64,000 nt of DNA. Source: Macrostomum hystrix. Taxonomy: Eukaryota > Animalia > Platyhelminthes. Each line of letters starts with the position of its first letter. The stretch's first letter is position 1. The notes under the pieces were generated by a model. That model searched no databases, had not been told where the DNA came from, and saw nothing but the letters and a program-made list of their open reading frames with translations. Of the stretch, positions 63,792 to 64,000 are shown piece by piece. Where the stretch lies: contig CATNEN010000001.1 of NCBI GenBank assembly GCA_950097015.1, positions 13,268,001 through 13,332,000 on the forward strand, in the 5' to 3' direction. The translations under genes and the position numbers were made by a program.

Positions 63792-64000
63792 CTAGCAAGT
63801 TTTGCCCCCCTTCGGGGAGCAGAAATACTTTTAATTCGTCTAGTATATACTTTTTAGCAGCTGAATTTACAGCTTTTTAAAGCTACAATGAACCCCCAGT
63901 TGACAATGATCCCCCAGTTAATGATGATCCCCTAGTTGACGATGATCCCCCAGTTGACAATGATCCCCCAGTTGACAATGATCCCCCAGTTGACAATGAA
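63792..64000 (-). mobile_element. 3' end of a second, directly abutting Helitron copy (runs off the window)
   Basis: 63792-63890 is a diverged copy of 58520-58620 (CTAG, hairpin) followed by the same 18-bp satellite. The junction reads CTAG|TC on the minus strand. Confidence 0.82.

Overview
Repeat-rich animal genomic DNA, most likely a lophotrochozoan. A free-living flatworm such as Macrostomum is suggested by the Post2 Hox gene, polyQ/polyA-rich proteins and dense 18-56 bp minisatellites; this is inference. Three spliced genes can be rebuilt with GT-AG junctions and consistent phases, all on the minus strand: the posterior Hox gene Post2 (4 exons), a divergent but catalytically intact eRF1 homologue (4 exons) and ARNT/tango (5 exons). 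A miR-993 (MIR-10 family)-like hairpin lies about 28 kb 5' of Post2. Mobile DNA includes a decayed Ty3/Gypsy element with its RT deleted and a short 3' LTR, an internally deleted Tc1/IS630 transposon, tRNA-derived SINEs (one with a clear TSD), and a head-to-tail tandem of non-autonomous Helitrons carrying minisatellites. About 25 tandem arrays cover roughly half the window, and most introns carry one. Several arrays are built from splice-site sequence, including one that is an in-frame amplification of the real eRF1 exon-3 donor. The long repeat-derived ORFs in the track are artefacts. All analysis was by eye; no searches were run.
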